Assembly: GCA_965223095.1 (NCBI GenBank)
Contig: OZ244979.1
Coordinates: forward strand, 1,525,744-1,589,743
Reading direction: 5' to 3'
Source of the DNA: Gammaproteobacteria bacterium
Lineage (GTDB): Bacteria > Pseudomonadota > Gammaproteobacteria > Steroidobacterales > GCA-2729495
DNA: 64,000 nt
A program made the translations under genes and the position numbers. The notes beneath the pieces are model-generated. The model did no database searches, was not told the origin of the DNA, and worked only from the letters and a program-made list of their open reading frames with translations. Each line of letters begins with the position of its first letter. Position 1 is the first letter of the stretch. Below are positions 61,276-64,000 of this stretch, one piece after another.

Positions 61276-62580
61276 TTAGTGATTGCCTTCATTGCTCGGC
61301 GCGCGAAAGCGCACCAGCAGCGCAAACAACAGCACCAATGCTTGGAATGCGCCGAGCATCACAAACGGTGCCGACGGTCCGACGGCATCAAACAGTAGGC
61401 CGCCAACCATCGTGGCAATTAGTATTCCAATCGCGCCGAACCAGGCATTCGTTGCAACAATGGTGCCGCGTTCTGTTGGCGAGGCTTCTTGTCCAATGAG
61501 CGTAATTGACGCGATGATGGCGCTGCCCTGACCAATGGCCAGCAAGACGAAAAATGGCAACATGCTGTTATCCAGCGGGGATGTGATCGTTCCCATGGAA
61601 CCATAACCGGCTGCTGCAAGCGCCATGGCAAGCGCGAGTCCGGTTACGCGATTGAGTCTATCGAGTATGCTGCCGAAGATGGGCATCCACAGCAATGTCA
61701 CGATACCCATGAGTCCCATGAGCTTGCCAGCATGGGCGAAGGCTTGCGGCTGACTGACGCCGGCCTGGCCCGCCACCTGCAATACCCATACCGAAACGAA
61801 CAAGCCCTTAATGGCATTGTCCGAACGTCCCGCAAAAGCCGCTAGGTAGGAGAGAATAATCCTCGGGTTCCTCGCGGCCCGTACGCCGGCCAAGAGCGTG
61901 GTGGTGACGGGTACTTGAGGCGATGCATTGTTTGCCTGTGGCAATCCGGGTTGTAAGCCGACCCTGAAAATCATCGCGGACAGTAAACACAGTCCGGAAG
62001 CGGCCAAAAACATGGTCATACCAGCCGCCGCTGGGGCGACACCACGATCCTCCAAAAGGCCAGGAATTTGTGCCAGACCAGCGCTCATGAAAATAACGCC
62101 GAGGCCATTCATTACGCCGGTGAAGCCGAATAGCCGGCCGCGGGAACGTTCTTGGGTGTAGTCATTGCCAATGGTTGGAATCTGCGCCGACAAGGAAGCA
62201 GCACCGATGGCGAATAGTCCGCGATAGAAGAGAAGTTCCTTGAGCGACGTTGCAAAGGGGAATAAGCCATAGCCCAAACCGCAAAAAAGTATGCCGCCAA
62301 TGATTAGTGGTCGCCGTCCGATTCGGTCGGCCAGCGCGCCGAACGGTACGATCAATAGAATCGCCACGACTTCGGTCACCAGCGCGAGTACACCGGTCGC
62401 GACACCTTGTTCAGCTTTTGGAATACCGAGATTGACATCCAGCAAGTAGGCCTGCAGAAAGTTCATGCCAGCCAACATCGCGATGCAGATAAACGCGGCA
62501 TACATAAAAGTCCAGAAATTGAATTTCTGGACTCCGGCGGCTAGATAGACCGGCCCAACTTTCTGGTTGCTTACTGCCAT
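61276..62580 (-). CDS. MFS transporter
   Basis: 434 aa with 12 predicted TM helices and the MFS loop motif (GALADRIGRRP). Confidence 0.9.
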   Translation of the reverse strand: MAVSNQKVGPVYLAAGVQKFNFWTFMYAAFICIAMLAGMNFLQAYLLDVNLGIPKAEQGVATGVLALVTEVVAILLIVPFGALADRIGRRPLIIGGILFCGLGYGLFPFATSLKELLFYRGLFAIGAASLSAQIPTIGNDYTQERSRGRLFGFTGVMNGLGVIFMSAGLAQIPGLLEDRGVAPAAAGMTMFLAASGLCLLSAMIFRVGLQPGLPQANNASPQVPVTTTLLAGVRAARNPRIILSYLAAFAGRSDNAIKGLFVSVWVLQVAGQAGVSQPQAFAHAGKLMGLMGIVTLLWMPIFGSILDRLNRVTGLALAMALAAAGYGSMGTITSPLDNSMLPFFVLLAIGQGSAIIASITLIGQEASPTERGTIVATNAWFGAIGILIATMVGGLLFDAVGPSAPFVMLGAFQALVLLFALLVRFRAPSNEGNH

Positions 62581-62597
62581 GTTGTTCCAGGCAACGC

Positions 62598-64000
62598 TTA
62601 AGAACGACCCAAGCGACGTTTGAGGCGTTGAGGTACATCCAGATCAGGCAGCTTGGCTATTTCCCAGCTGGCTCTGGCTTTCTCCATATACACCTGGCTT
62701 GGTAGGGAGTTTTGACCCGGGTCGAAGCTGCGTGTCGCATCGATGACCAGCTTACTGCCAATTTTTTTGCCTTGCTTATTGGCTGCGACTGCGTGGTCCA
62801 TGGGCATGGAAAATCCTTCGATGACTTCAGTGTCTCGTTGTGGGTCGTAGTGAGAACTCATGACCCAATCTAGATCTGTTTGGTTGCGGGGGTCGATATC
62901 TTCGTCAACCATTGTGATCCGCTTTAAGCTCGTGTTTTCGGCGATCAGTCTCCCGACTTTTTTTGCGTGACCCGGATAGAGGGATTTCATTGCCAGCACG
63001 ATATGCGCTCCGCCCCCGCCGAACATCAGATCGATATGGGCATCTTGAATGCTCGTTTCACCGAAGGAATCTTGCAGCATGTGTATCACCACGGGCGCAT
63101 TCGTTAAGCTTTGCATGACCGTGCTTTCCGACGGCGGCAGCTGGCTGCTTAAGCCGTAGTAGATTGCTTGGTCGCGGTGGGTAATGGCGGTGATCCGGGC
63201 CACGGGCTTAGGCGTGCCGCCGCTCATGTATCCGGCTGATTCGCCAAAGGGCCCTTCGGTTTGCATCTCACCGGGTATGACCTCGCCTTCGATAATTATT
63301 TCGGCCTGCGCGGGAACGAGCAAATCCGAACTTATCGCGCGAACGGTTTCCACGCCGGATTCCTTGAGGCCGCCAGCAAGGGTGATTTCGTCCATTCCCC
63401 TGGGTAGATTAGCAACCGAAGCTAAATGTACCGCGGGCTCGGCGCCGACAACCCAGGCGATTGGCGCGGGCTGGTCGTTTTGCAGCCAGCTATCCGCATA
63501 GGCATGTCCTTGCCGGCCGGGGTTGAGGTTGACGATCACCGTGTTGGCGTCACGTACCTGGGTCCGGTAGACGCCGATATTCTGCGTGCCGGTGTCCGCA
63601 TGACTGGTTACCGTGCTGGTCGTTATATAGGCACCCGCGTCCTTACCGGGCGTCCAAACCGGAATGGGCAGGCCGGATAGCGTCGCGTCTTTACCCAATA
63701 GGACATTCTCTTGGCAGGGCGCGGCGCTGACTTGCACTGGCTCTATTGGCTTGCTCAATGCGCGCAGCCATTTTTCATTCAGCGAAGGTATTTGGGTTTG
63801 CAAGGCGAAGGCATAGGTCCTCGGCGATGCGCCGAGGGCGCCAATCACCAACGGAAATCTCGCGCCAGTAACATTTTCAAACCACAAGCCGAAACGTTGC
63901 TCCATGGGCAGGGCGTGAAACATCCATTTGGCCATGCTGGCCGGCTCCCAGCTCGGATCCACTGGTTCGGTAACTCGCCGCAGCAAGCCACGCGCTTCGG
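62598..64000 (-). CDS. UbiD-family (prFMN-dependent) decarboxylase; the N-terminus probably lies beyond the window end
   Basis: UbiD-like sequence runs throughout (NIGVYRTQV..., EGPFGESAGYMSG, MVDEDIDP). The listed Met at 63986 corresponds to a position about 20-30 residues into typical UbiD proteins, and the frame stays open to 64000. Confidence 0.9.
   Translation of the reverse strand, partial: EARGLLRRVTEPVDPSWEPASMAKWMFHALPMEQRFGLWFENVTGARFPLVIGALGASPRTYAFALQTQIPSLNEKWLRALSKPIEPVQVSAAPCQENVLLGKDATLSGLPIPVWTPGKDAGAYITTSTVTSHADTGTQNIGVYRTQVRDANTVIVNLNPGRQGHAYADSWLQNDQPAPIAWVVGAEPAVHLASVANLPRGMDEITLAGGLKESGVETVRAISSDLLVPAQAEIIIEGEVIPGEMQTEGPFGESAGYMSGGTPKPVARITAITHRDQAIYYGLSSQLPPSESTVMQSLTNAPVVIHMLQDSFGETSIQDAHIDLMFGGGGAHIVLAMKSLYPGHAKKVGRLIAENTSLKRITMVDEDIDPRNQTDLDWVMSSHYDPQRDTEVIEGFSMPMDHAVAANKQGKKIGSKLVIDATRSFDPGQNSLPSQVYMEKARASWEIAKLPDLDVPQRLKRRLGRS

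Overview
This is a chromosomal segment of a Gram-negative, most likely gammaproteobacterial genome. The gene order prfA/prmC-moeB and TPR-lolB-tRNA(Gln)-prs-rplY-pth-ychF is the Pseudomonas/Oceanospirillales-type arrangement, but no taxon can be assigned without a database search. Core blocks are rodA-mrdA-mreDCB (1-4988, minus), gatCAB (5112-8311), a SahR-like regulator with metF-metH (9141-14661), moeB-prmC, prfA, and lolB through ychF. Four accessory modules interrupt the core. (i) About 7 kb separates prmC from prfA; it carries two trans-sulfuration-type PLP enzymes and an RND/MMPL + LolA-like + beta-barrel OMP operon. (ii) A 2.8-kb insert rich in IS3 remnants and MITEs (27690-30493) lies between prfA and the TPR/lolB operon, where hemA would be expected, and is bracketed by a 22-bp direct repeat. 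(iii) An integrase-less island of about 14.6 kb lies downstream of tRNA-Met (41468-56044). It carries a DUF222-HNH nuclease, a Fic protein, a type I R-M operon in the unusual order hsdR-hsdS-[RES protein / 2-TM coiled-coil protein / Abi_C HEPN-like protein]-hsdM, a NERD protein, a possible excisionase-like HTH and an orphan lipoprotein. (iv) The right end carries miaE, a GT2 glycosyltransferase, an SDR, and a MarR / LLM oxidoreductase / membrane protein / MFS / UbiD cluster. The best candidate for an undescribed system is the AT-richer three-gene cassette (48573-51918), which is translationally coupled into the type I R-M operon between hsdS and hsdM. All calls come from reading the supplied translations and the DNA by eye; no searches were run. 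No rRNA genes and no CRISPR arrays were seen.
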